Program-made: the position numbers and the translations under genes
The notes under the pieces: model-generated
Databases searched by the model: none
Told to the model about the DNA's origin: nothing
Seen by the model: only the letters and a program-made list of their open reading frames with translations
Shown here: positions 18,563-27,106 of the stretch, in pieces
Layout: each line of letters starts with the position of its first letter
Numbering within the stretch: position 1 is the stretch's first letter
Assembly (NCBI GenBank): GCA_037386325.1
Contig: JARRMB010000015.1
Span: 1-41,243, forward strand
Length of the DNA stretch: 41,243 nucleotides
Source of the DNA: Candidatus Bathyarchaeota archaeon
GTDB taxonomy: Archaea > Thermoproteota > Bathyarchaeia > Bathyarchaeales > Bathyarchaeaceae
Direction: 5' to 3'

Positions 18563-19740
18563 AAAAAGTTTATGATACGATTATAATTCGTTTTAGCGGA
18601 GAATTGTGGCTTAAAAAACTTTGGACACGAAAATATTATGAAAAACGTTTATCTAAAAATCTTAAAAAAACTTTAAAAAATTATAACATTTCTTATAGTA
18701 AACTGGATCGTAAACATGGCCGATTCTATTTGAAAACCAGGTCCATAGTAGAAGCTACAGATAAATTAACGAGAGTATTTGGAATCTCATCAATTTCTCC
18801 TGCAGTTGAAACAACATCTGAAATTGACAATATAATAAAAAATAGCTTAAAACTTGCTGAAATTAGCCTAAAAAATGGAAATAGTTTTGCAGTTAGATGT
18901 AAGCGTGTTGGAAAACATAACTATTCAAGCTCTGATATTCAGAACCAGTTAGGTAAAAAAATCTTGGATTACTTTAATCAAAAGTTGGAACTAAAAGTTG
19001 ATTTAGAAAACCCTAATGTTATATTAGGTATTGAGATCAGGGATGATCAATCATTTATTTATTTAGATAGAATTCCGGCTGTTGGAGGTATGCCGTTAGG
19101 GGTTCAACCCCAACTTATTGGATTATTCAGTGGAGGAATTGATTCAGTTGTAGGTTTGTGGTTAGTCATGAAACGAGGCTGCCCAGTTGTACCTATTTAT
19201 TTTGATAATAGTCCTTTCACAGATGAAACAACAACAGAACGTGCTGTAAAAGTTGCCGATAAATTATTTAATTGGTCAATTGGATTTCCAAGAAAGATTT
19301 ACATTGTTCAGCATGGCCAAAATTTAAAGCAAATTATGAAAACCAACAGAAAATACTCTTGTCTCCTTTGTAAACGGATGATGTATCGAATTGCTGAACA
19401 GATTGCAGAAAAATTTCATGCAGAAGGAATTGTTACAGGAGAAGCAATCGGTGAACAAGCTTCTCAAACTTTGATCAATCTTAGGGTATTAAACGAAGCA
19501 GTAAAAAATTACCCTGTTCATAGACCTTTGTTGGGTTTTGATAAACAAGATACGGAAAAATTATCAAGATACATGGGAACATTTGAAGCTTCGAGTAAAA
19601 AAGCAGCACCTTGTACAGCAGTTCCTTATCAACCATCAACAAAAGCAAAACTTGAGGATGTACATAAAGCCGAAAAGAAGCTTGACATTGATTCAATGGT
19701 TAAAAATTCATTAGAATCAATTAAAATGATTGAAATATAG
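18547..19740 (+). CDS. thiI: tRNA sulfurtransferase ThiI (THUMP plus PP-loop, no rhodanese domain)
   Basis: 397 aa with the PP-loop LFSGGIDSVV. Cysteines CLLCKRMM and ...APCTAVP are conserved. GTG start overlaps the cysS 3' end by 16 nt. Confidence 0.85.
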   Translation: MEDNLEKVYDTIIIRFSGELWLKKLWTRKYYEKRLSKNLKKTLKNYNISYSKLDRKHGRFYLKTRSIVEATDKLTRVFGISSISPAVETTSEIDNIIKNSLKLAEISLKNGNSFAVRCKRVGKHNYSSSDIQNQLGKKILDYFNQKLELKVDLENPNVILGIEIRDDQSFIYLDRIPAVGGMPLGVQPQLIGLFSGGIDSVVGLWLVMKRGCPVVPIYFDNSPFTDETTTERAVKVADKLFNWSIGFPRKIYIVQHGQNLKQIMKTNRKYSCLLCKRMMYRIAEQIAEKFHAEGIVTGEAIGEQASQTLINLRVLNEAVKNYPVHRPLLGFDKQDTEKLSRYMGTFEASSKKAAPCTAVPYQPSTKAKLEDVHKAEKKLDIDSMVKNSLESIKMIEI

Positions 19741-19936
19741 ATTATACAATTAATAGTCAAATTCATATTGAATTAATCTAGAATTTTTAACATCTAGTAA
19801 ATTCTTAAGGAATTGTTAGAAGAAGGACGGATTTTCCCAATTTAAGAGGTCTAAAAATCATAATTAAAAATTGCTTTTAAAACTCAATTATTTATTAGTA
19901 AATTTCAAAATATTGATTTTAGAAAAAATGAAACTT

Positions 19937-20059
19937 CTAAACGGTTGCACAAACTGTCCAAAGAGTTTCGATTCGTCTACAGACGTCACATCGATATTTT
20001 GTCATATAGCTGCATGCTTCATCTACTATCATTTCTGACTTGCAATTGGAACATTTCAC
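19937..20059 (-). CDS. possible 40-aa zinc-ribbon protein
   Basis: Below the ORF-track cut-off. GTG start 7 nt after GGAGGTGA (20066-20073). Product is MKCSNCKSEMIVDEACSYMTKYRCDVCRRIETLWTVCATV with a CxxC-x17-CxxC arrangement. Confidence 0.3.
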   Translation of the reverse strand: MKCSNCKSEMIVDEACSYMTKYRCDVCRRIETLWTVCATV

Positions 20060-20373
20060 TCATATTCACCTCCTATGATTTCAAAAATTCTTTTATGGTT
20101 TACATTTATTTCTTTGGTTTTTTGCACAAATTTTAATAACCCAGAATAATATATACCTTAACCACATAATATATATAGACTATATAGTTAATATTTCCTT
20201 TTAAAATAGTCTTTTACGGTAGAAGTACTAGAATTAAAAATTCTTAATTCTATAATCGTCGTATCTAATTCGTCATTTTTTAAGGATAAAAAAGATAAGA
20301 GATAAATAAAAAATTAACAATTCAGTTTGGTTCAATAAATGCCTTAAATGTCATTTAACATAAATATTAGTTT

Positions 20374-21233
20374 ATGTCTGCTGTCGAAATAGCCACTGAA
20401 GCGTATAGTAAACTTGAACCTGAAGACCATAAGATATTACAGGCTATTGAACGAAAGAAACCAAAGAAGCTAAACTTCCACTTCAAGAAGTAGAATACAG
20501 ATTACCAAAACTAGTTAAGATTGGGTTAATACAAGGTTGGAGTGAAAAGTATTCAGGTTATAACCTCACAACAGCCGGACATGATCTATTAGCCATAAAC
20601 GTTTTAGTAAAGGAAGATGTAATCATTGCATTTGGCAAAGCTCTGGGTGTAGGAAAAGAATCAGACGTATATGATGCTCTCGCACCAAATGAAGAAAGAG
20701 TCGCCATAAAATTTCATCGCCTAGGAAGAACCAGTTTCAAAAAAACCAAAATTAAAAGAGATTATACAACCGAATACAATTATACGCCAAACTGGCATCA
20801 CAGATCTAGAATAGCAGCAAGAAGAGAATATATGGCTCTCAAACGATTATATCTAAATGGCGTGGCAGTTCCCAAACCGATCAAACAGACCCGCCATGTT
20901 TTGGCTATGAGCATGATTGAAGGAGCAGAGCTTTTTCGCTATCACAAGTTGCAGAATCCTAAGATTGTGTTAACTGAGATATTACTTAATGTAAGAATAG
21001 CTTATCAAAGAGTTTCTATGATTCATGGAGACCTCAGCCCTTTCAACATTATTATAAAGCCAGACGAACAAATTTTAATTATTGATTGGCCGCAATATAT
21101 TTCCAAAAATCATCCAAACGCAATGGAAATTCTAGAAAGAGATGTGCAGAACATTCTTTCTTTTTTCGAACGGAAGTACAAAACGGATTATTACTTAGAG
21201 GAGATTTTAAATTACATTACGAAAAAAACCTAA
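20374..21233 (+). pseudogene. RIO2-type serine kinase, frame-disrupted in the N-terminal winged-helix domain
   Basis: ATG 20374 gives MSAVEIATEAYSKLEPEDHKILQAIERK... and stops at 20491-20493. The rest (...EAKLPLQEVEYRLPKLVKIGLIQGW...GVGKESDVY...VAIKFHRLGRTSF...IHGDLSPFNIII...IIDWPQ) reads in the frame that is open from 20451 to 21233. About 11 residues of the wHTH (GM..HE.VP...I) seem absent. Confidence 0.8.
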
Positions 21234-21267
21234 AAGCCGAATAAATTATTCAAAGTTTAAAAAATGT

Positions 21268-21510
21268 TTATGATTCGCGAGGTAAATCTGTACATATATA
21301 AAGAATATTATTTCCTCTAAGTAGGATACTTCCATAGTTGGCAGTTAATTTATCATTAACACGTTCAGTTGCTTTGTCCAGCAACAAGTTCATGTGACTA
21401 TCACACCGAACCATGGTTCCCCTATATTCAACCCCATTCTTCAGTACAATTGCAACATAATTGTTTAATTGTTTTGTTAAAGTATTCAATGGTTTTCTAC
21501 TTGGTTCCAT
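21268..21510 (-). CDS. Sm-like archaeal protein (LSm/SmAP)
   Basis: Sm1/Sm2 pattern: PLNTL...YVAIVLKNGVEYRGTMVRCDSHMNLLLDKA...ILLRGNNILYI. I prefer ATG 21510 (GGTGAT 5 nt upstream) to the track's TTG at 21528. Confidence 0.85.
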   Translation of the reverse strand: MEPSRKPLNTLTKQLNNYVAIVLKNGVEYRGTMVRCDSHMNLLLDKATERVNDKLTANYGSILLRGNNILYICTDLPRES

Positions 21511-21632
21511 AGTATCACCAGCAAACAACTACTAACGCAAATGACTGTTTATAAAAGTTATGAACTTAAGCAAAAAAGGTAATAATCCAAAATGAATGTT
21601 GAAAAAAATGTAAAGCATACATTTCGTATTTT

Positions 21633-22391
21633 TTATTTAAAGATTTTCTTAAAAGTATCTTCAACAAGTTTTGGATCTAGTTTCTCAAGCGCTTCAGTAC
21701 TAAGAACATCATACCAGAATGCTTCAGATAAGTAACCGTAAACTGGTTTACCCTCCTTAAGGAGATAGGGTAATACTTCACCCATGAAATCCAGTTCAGA
21801 TTTATTTCCCTTAAGTTTTTTCATAGTTAAAAGCATATCACCTTTTAGTACAGAAATACCTACACTTACTGGTTTATCCAAAGTTGGTTTCTCTTCGAAT
21901 CCTATAACTTTAGAGTCATAGTCTAAATTAGCTAGACCAACTCTTACTTTGAATCCCAAAGATAATGCAACAGTGCTCCAAGCTTTCTTATTTTTATGAA
22001 AATTGATTAATTCAGTGAGATCCATATTTGTCAAGATGTCCCCATAATAAACTAATAAAGTGTCTTTATCATTAACAGCTTTACTTTCGTACGAAGTTAA
22101 GACAGCCCCTCCAGTCCCTTTGGAATTTGGGTCATCCTCAACATAGGAAATATTAACTCCAAATCTCGAACCATCTTCAAAGTAATTGATAATTTGTTCA
22201 GATTTATAATTGACCAAAAAAACAAGATCCTTAATTCCATGAAACTTGAATAATCGAACTACATATTCTAAAAGCGGTTTTTGTTTTACTCCAATAGGCA
22301 CCATAGTTTTTTGAACATAATATGTTAAAGGTCGAAGTCTAGTACCTTTACCCCCACAAAGGACGATGCCTTTAATTTTGTTCATTTTCAA
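21633..22391 (-). CDS. sugar-1-phosphate nucleotidylyltransferase
   Basis: N-terminus GIVLCGGKGTRLRPLT is the signature of the NTP-transferase family. 252 aa. Confidence 0.8.
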   Translation of the reverse strand: MKMNKIKGIVLCGGKGTRLRPLTYYVQKTMVPIGVKQKPLLEYVVRLFKFHGIKDLVFLVNYKSEQIINYFEDGSRFGVNISYVEDDPNSKGTGGAVLTSYESKAVNDKDTLLVYYGDILTNMDLTELINFHKNKKAWSTVALSLGFKVRVGLANLDYDSKVIGFEEKPTLDKPVSVGISVLKGDMLLTMKKLKGNKSELDFMGEVLPYLLKEGKPVYGYLSEAFWYDVLSTEALEKLDPKLVEDTFKKIFK

Positions 22392-22438
22392 CCCTACTAA
22401 AACATAAAGGAAAAAAGAAGAAATGGAAATTTATTTTT

Positions 22439-22726
22439 TTATTCAGTCTCGGATTCAATCTCTTCGATTGGTCTAGGCGGTGGAGTAGTACCCATTGTCC
22501 AGCCAATCCAAGCACCTATAGCCAAGATTGCTACAAAGGCAATCAGGACTGGAACTGCAATTAGCCAGAATTGCACAGCAGTTGTATCCCCCAAGTTAAT
22601 AATAGGTTGGACTATTTGCTCATATCCAAATAACGTTACAATGTAACCAATGATTACTATAGCACAAACAAGAAAGATTATCCATCCGATAGCTTGATCT
22701 TTACTAACCATTTTACTATTCACCAC
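22439..22726 (-). CDS. small integral membrane protein
   Basis: 95 aa with two clearly hydrophobic spans (WIIFLVCAIVIIGYIVTLFGY and WLIAVPVLIAFVAILAIGAWIGW). Confidence 0.5.
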   Translation of the reverse strand: MVNSKMVSKDQAIGWIIFLVCAIVIIGYIVTLFGYEQIVQPIINLGDTTAVQFWLIAVPVLIAFVAILAIGAWIGWTMGTTPPPRPIEEIESETE

Positions 22727-22774
22727 GATGTAGCCAATTCTATCTAAAACCCTATTATAAGCTTTATTGTTAAA

Positions 22775-24031
22775 CTAGATAGTTCCTGCTTCCCAAGTAG
22801 CTAAATATTTCTTTTGCTCTTCAGTTAGTTCATCAATTTTTACATTCATTGCCTTTAATTTAAGGCTCGCTACAAATTGATCTATTTCTTTAGGAACTCG
22901 ATAAACACGAATTTCCATTTTTCTATTTTTCACAAGGTATTCAGTTGATAAAGCCTGATTGGCAAAAGACATATCCATAACTTCTGAGGGATGACCTTCT
23001 GCAGCAGCTAGATTAACTAATCTGCCCTCAGCAAGTAAATGAAGTTTCCTACCATCTTGAAGAGTATACTCTACAAGATTGGGGCGTAAAGTTCGACTTG
23101 ATTTGGATAATTTCTCCAAGTCTGGAATATTTATTTCAACATTGAAGTGCCCGCTATTGGCTATAATAGCCCCATCCTTCATTTTCATCATATGTTCTTT
23201 TCTAATAACACTTTTATTCCCAGTTAGAGTTACGAAGACATCCCCGATCTTTGCTGCATCTTCCATGGGCATAACTTGGAAACCATCCATCACCGCTTCC
23301 AATGCCTTTGTTTGATCGATTTCTGTAACCACAACTTTTGCTCCCATACCTTTAGCTCTCATAGCTAAACCTCGTCCACACCATCCATAGCCTGCAACAA
23401 CAAAATATTTTCCAGCAAGAAGAATACTTGTCGAGCGTAGAATTCCATCTATTGTACTTTGTCCTGTACCATATCTATTATCGAAAAGATACTTTGTAAA
23501 CGCATCATTTACCGCTATTATGGGGTATTTAAGAGCGTTACATTGTTCCATTGCTCTTAAACGAATTACACCGGTTGTCGTTTCTTCAGTTCCTCCGATT
23601 ACGTTTTCTATAAGATCAGTTCGTTCTTTATGGAGAGTCCCAACAACATCTGCTCCATCGTCTAATGTAATTTGAGGTTTATAATCCAAAACTTTGTTTA
23701 TACACCAAAAGTAATCTTCGGTTGATTGGTCCCTCCAAGCATAAACATTTATTCCTTTAGTTGCTAAGTAAGCTGCCACTTCGTCCTGAGTTGAGAGTGG
23801 ATTAGAACCGCATAATGCAACTTTTGCTCCTCCAATCTTCAGAGTTTCCGCGAGGACAGCCGTTTCTTTAGTTACATGGAGACATGCACCGATAGTGATG
23901 TTTTTTAAGGGTTTTTCTTTCTCAAATCGATCTTTTATCTGATTTAAAACGGGCATATGTTTTGCTGCCCATTCAACTAATAATGCTCCTTCAGGAGCCA
24001 AGTTTATGTCTTTAACCTTGTAATCCTTCAT
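22775..24031 (-). CDS. ahcY: S-adenosyl-L-homocysteine hydrolase
   Basis: 418 aa. It has [16 protein letters not shown] site [10 protein letters not shown], the NSGHFNVEI motif and [14 protein letters not shown]. Confidence 0.92.
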   Translation of the reverse strand: MKDYKVKDINLAPEGALLVEWAAKHMPVLNQIKDRFEKEKPLKNITIGACLHVTKETAVLAETLKIGGAKVALCGSNPLSTQDEVAAYLATKGINVYAWRDQSTEDYFWCINKVLDYKPQITLDDGADVVGTLHKERTDLIENVIGGTEETTTGVIRLRAMEQCNALKYPIIAVNDAFTKYLFDNRYGTGQSTIDGILRSTSILLAGKYFVVAGYGWCGRGLAMRAKGMGAKVVVTEIDQTKALEAVMDGFQVMPMEDAAKIGDVFVTLTGNKSVIRKEHMMKMKDGAIIANSGHFNVEINIPDLEKLSKSSRTLRPNLVEYTLQDGRKLHLLAEGRLVNLAAAEGHPSEVMDMSFANQALSTEYLVKNRKMEIRVYRVPKEIDQFVASLKLKAMNVKIDELTEEQKKYLATWEAGTI

Positions 24032-24120
24032 AATAGTGGCCTTCTTTTTTCTGACTAAATGTTAATTTAGCATTATTTGGTTGTTATGGTTAAAAAATAC
24101 ACAAAAAATAGATGATTTTC

Positions 24121-24396
24121 CTACTCAAGTCGTTTGATTATATGATATCCAAATTGGGTTTTAACTATTCCAGATATTTGACCTTTCTCAAGGGCAAATG
24201 CAGCATTTTCAAAATCTTTAACCATCTGTCCCCGACCAAATGTTCCAAGATCTCCACCACGTTTTTTAGAAGGACAAATTGAGATATCCTTAGCGATCGC
24301 TGAAAATTTTTCTCCTTTTTTTATTCGCTCAAGAACTTGGTTTACTTCTTTCTCTGTTTTAACCAGAATATGAGCGCAATGAACTTTATTTGGCAT
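24121..24396 (-). CDS. parvulin-type peptidyl-prolyl cis-trans isomerase
   Basis: 91 aa: CAHILV...S.CPSKKRGGDLG.FGRGQMVK.FE.AAF.L..G..S..V.T.FGYHIIK. Confidence 0.85.
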   Translation of the reverse strand: MPNKVHCAHILVKTEKEVNQVLERIKKGEKFSAIAKDISICPSKKRGGDLGTFGRGQMVKDFENAAFALEKGQISGIVKTQFGYHIIKRLE

Positions 24397-24496
24397 AAAA
24401 GAAAGTAAATGAAAAACAGTTTATAACGATTATGGGATTTTTTTCTGGTTTTTTACCACTTAAGGCTTAAATATGGATAATCAATATTTTTAACAC

Positions 24497-24592
24497 AGGT
24501 GCATAGGGGAGCTGAGAATACTCGGCTGAGAGGACGAATTTGTTGTCGACCCTGAGAACCTGATCCAGGTAATGCTGGCGGAGGGAAAAATA
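24497..24592 (+). promoter_or_regulatory. TPP (THI-box) riboswitch aptamer
   Basis: UAGGGGAGCUGAGAAUACUCGGCUGAGAGG...GACCCUGAGAACCUGAUCCAGGUAAUGCUGGCGGAGGGAA matches the TPP consensus. P2 is AGGGG/CCCU and P3 is GCUGAG-AAUA-CUCGGC. CUGAGA and ACCUGAUC.GG.UAAUGC..GCG.AGGGA are also present. A ThiT-like gene follows. Confidence 0.85.
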
Positions 24593-25117
24593 ATAAAAAA
24601 TAATGAAAATTGGTTTTCAACAAAAATTCTAGCAGAGGTAGCCATTTTCATATCTCTGGCTACAGTTTTAAGTTTCATCAAAATTTTCAGTCTTCCTCAA
24701 GGAGGTTCTGTGACAGCAGGATCCATGGTGCCGATTCTTTGGTTAGCTTTACGAAGAGGCCCAAGAGTGGGGTTGTTCGCGGCAGTATTATATGGTATAG
24801 TCCAATTAGTGGTTGATCCGCAGATATATTTCCCAACTCAAGCATTGCTTGATTATCCAATTGCATTTGGCTTACTTGGATTGGCAGGTTTTTTCCAGAA
24901 ACATCCTTTTTTCGGTATAACCTTAGGCGTAAGTGGACGATTTCTCGCGCACTTTCTTTCGGGGATAATCTTTTTTTCAAATTTTGCACCTCAGGGAATG
25001 AACATTGCACTCTATTCTGCAATATACAATGGTGGTTACTTGTTAGTAGAGTTGGTGATTAGCATTTACATAATTTATTTGCTTAAGGCTAGTAAAATTC
25101 TTAACTTCTACAAATAG
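24572..25117 (+). CDS. thiT: thiamine transporter ThiT/YuaJ-like (ECF S-component-type membrane protein)
   Basis: About 6 TM segments. The pattern ...LAEVAIFISLATVLSFIKIFSLPQGGSVT...LDYPIAFG..GLAGFF...R...HF.SG..FF...AP.GMN...YS..YN is typical of ThiT. The start is uncertain: ATG 24572 lies inside the aptamer. Confidence 0.75.
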   Translation: MLAEGKIIKNNENWFSTKILAEVAIFISLATVLSFIKIFSLPQGGSVTAGSMVPILWLALRRGPRVGLFAAVLYGIVQLVVDPQIYFPTQALLDYPIAFGLLGLAGFFQKHPFFGITLGVSGRFLAHFLSGIIFFSNFAPQGMNIALYSAIYNGGYLLVELVISIYIIYLLKASKILNFYK

Positions 25118-25127
25118 GGTTTAACTC

Positions 25128-26137
25128 ATGGGGAAACTTACAAAAAATGACTTAAAAAAGATGCTTAGTTGCATCAAAAAGAATCCTAAAGTGACAGTAG
25201 GACCCCAATTTGGGTTCGATGCCGGTGTACATAACCTAAACCAGAACGAATACTTGGTTGTTTCAACCGATCCATGTCTTGGAGTTCCAGAAGAATGGTT
25301 TGGCTGGTTACTCATTCACTATGTAGCATCTGATATTGCATTATTTGGAGCCAAAACAGATTTCTGCACAATCAACTTGTTAGGTCCAACGATGGCAAAG
25401 CCTTCAGTCTTTCAAAAGGTCATGAAACAATGTTGTGACGCCGCAGATGGACTAGAAATATCCATTATAGCTGGTCACACAGGAACATATGATGGAATAT
25501 CAACTCTTGTTGGAGTATGTACTGGTTATGGATCTGTGCATAAAAATAGGTTGATCACTCCAGCAGGCGCTAAACCTAGAGATTATTTAATTTGCATAAA
25601 ACCTGTTGGTTTAGAGGTTTCAATAAATTTTGCTATAAAAAAGAGTGCGTTAGCTGAAAAATTATTTGGAGTTCGAAAAACAAAAGAACTTAAAAAACTT
25701 GTTCCAATGCAAAGTTGTGTAAAAGAGGCATTATTACTCGCAAACCTAAGTGGAGTAAATGCATTACATGACGTTACTGAGGGAGGAGTGATTGCAGCTC
25801 TGAATGAAATGGCTGAAACATCCGATCTTGGTTTCAATGTCAAATTAGATAATTTTCTTTTTTCAGATGAAGTTCATTTTTTAAAAGATTTTTATAGACT
25901 GTCTGATAGACAGATGCTTTCGATGTCATCAACTGGTAGTATCTTGTGTGCTGTTTGCCCTGAAAAAAAGAGAGCATTAAGAGCATTTTACATAAAAATA
26001 ATATTGAATCACGAGTTTTAGGTCAGTTCACAAAAGATAGAAGAAGGATCATTATCAAAAAAGATAAAGAAACAATGTTTCCTGAAGAAGCAAACGATCC
26101 ATATAATAAAATCATTTCGACAAAGAATTGGGTTTAA
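25128..26137 (+). pseudogene. AIR-synthase-related (PurM/HypE/ThiL-superfamily) protein with a 1-nt frameshift in an A7 run
   Basis: N-terminus GKL..NDL...VGPQFGFDAGV...VVSTDP and the later HDVTEGG are superfamily hallmarks. The ORF stops at 26021. The conserved tail ...ESIKSILHKNNIESRVLGQFTKDRRRIIIKKDKETMFPEEANDPYNKI continues in the -1 frame to TAA 26135-26137. The switch point is A7 at 25963-25969. Confidence 0.75.
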
Positions 26138-27018
26138 GAACGTTTCAAAAAATCTTCCATTTCTTTTTGATTTCGTCTTGTTTTTCCAATTTTTATATTA
26201 TCACTTATTTGGAGCTTCATTCCGTCAAATGCAGCCACCACAGGAACTCCGGTGAGGTTCTCTATAAGTTTGACTTCATGAGAAGGCCCGCTAAATATCA
26301 TTTTCATTCCAAAGTGAGTTCCAATTGCAATCTCAGGTTTAACATCATCAATAATTTTTGCCGCTTCTTTAGGAGTCATATGTCCTCTCCATGGACTCCC
26401 TGTTGGTCTCATTATTGAAAGAATTAAAATTCTAACACCCTTGAAATTTTCTTCGATTCCTTCAAAATATTCAGTATCTGCAGTATATCCTATAGCTCCA
26501 ACTTCGGGGATTTCAAGTCTAAAACCAACAGTTTCAGGATCAGAATGTCTGGTTTCTGTACTCAATATTTTAGCGTTTCCAATCTTAAAATCAACCCCTG
26601 GTTTTATTGTTATCACTTCTTTGATCATATTTTGGTGATATTTTGAGATTGCTGGACCGCTTTCATTGTTTCCTATTAATATATTAGATGGTGCTGCTAT
26701 AATTCCCCGTTTTTTTAGCATACCATGAGTCATAGCTTCTACTAATATTTCTGCGTCAGTATAATGGTCAGGATGTCGATGTGATATCAGTATTCCTTTA
26801 ATTTTTTGAGGATTTAAACCAGAATCTATTGAGTAAATCAGTGCTCCAGGTCCTGGATCTAAATGGATATTTAGGTTTTTAGATAGGAATCGGATTCCAC
26901 CTGTTCTTCTTTTTTGAGTTATTGTAGCGAATCTACCACCTCCACTACCCAGAAAGAACAACTCAAGCTTATCCAAATTCTTCACCAAAGACAGGGTGGA
27001 CAGTTTTATTAAAACCAA
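26134..27018 (-). CDS. MBL-fold metallo-hydrolase (PhnP/RNase Z-like)
   Basis: 294 aa with FLGSGGG...IHLDPGPG and the HxHxDH motif ISHRHPDHYTD. Confidence 0.65.
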   Translation of the reverse strand: MVLIKLSTLSLVKNLDKLELFFLGSGGGRFATITQKRRTGGIRFLSKNLNIHLDPGPGALIYSIDSGLNPQKIKGILISHRHPDHYTDAEILVEAMTHGMLKKRGIIAAPSNILIGNNESGPAISKYHQNMIKEVITIKPGVDFKIGNAKILSTETRHSDPETVGFRLEIPEVGAIGYTADTEYFEGIEENFKGVRILILSIMRPTGSPWRGHMTPKEAAKIIDDVKPEIAIGTHFGMKMIFSGPSHEVKLIENLTGVPVVAAFDGMKLQISDNIKIGKTRRNQKEMEDFLKRS

Positions 27019-27106
27019 TATATTGCTTTGTAGTTATAAGATTTTGAATTTCAATAAGGCGATAGTACATATATTATAAAACATGAACTTATGATAGGTT
27101 TAAATT

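Noticed and set aside
20229-20252. Perfect 9-bp inverted repeat TAGAATTAA-n6-TTAATTCTA, plus TTAAATG-T-CATTTAA near 20345-20359, upstream of rio2
   Set aside because: Pure A/T palindromes of this size are expected by chance in AT-rich spacers. There is no second copy elsewhere in the window to suggest an operator family.
24603-24632. The 9-codon ORF MKIGFQQKF* as a bona fide leader peptide
   Set aside because: It cannot be distinguished from a 1-nt error in the T4 run that would fuse it to thiT. It is reported as an open question, not as a feature.
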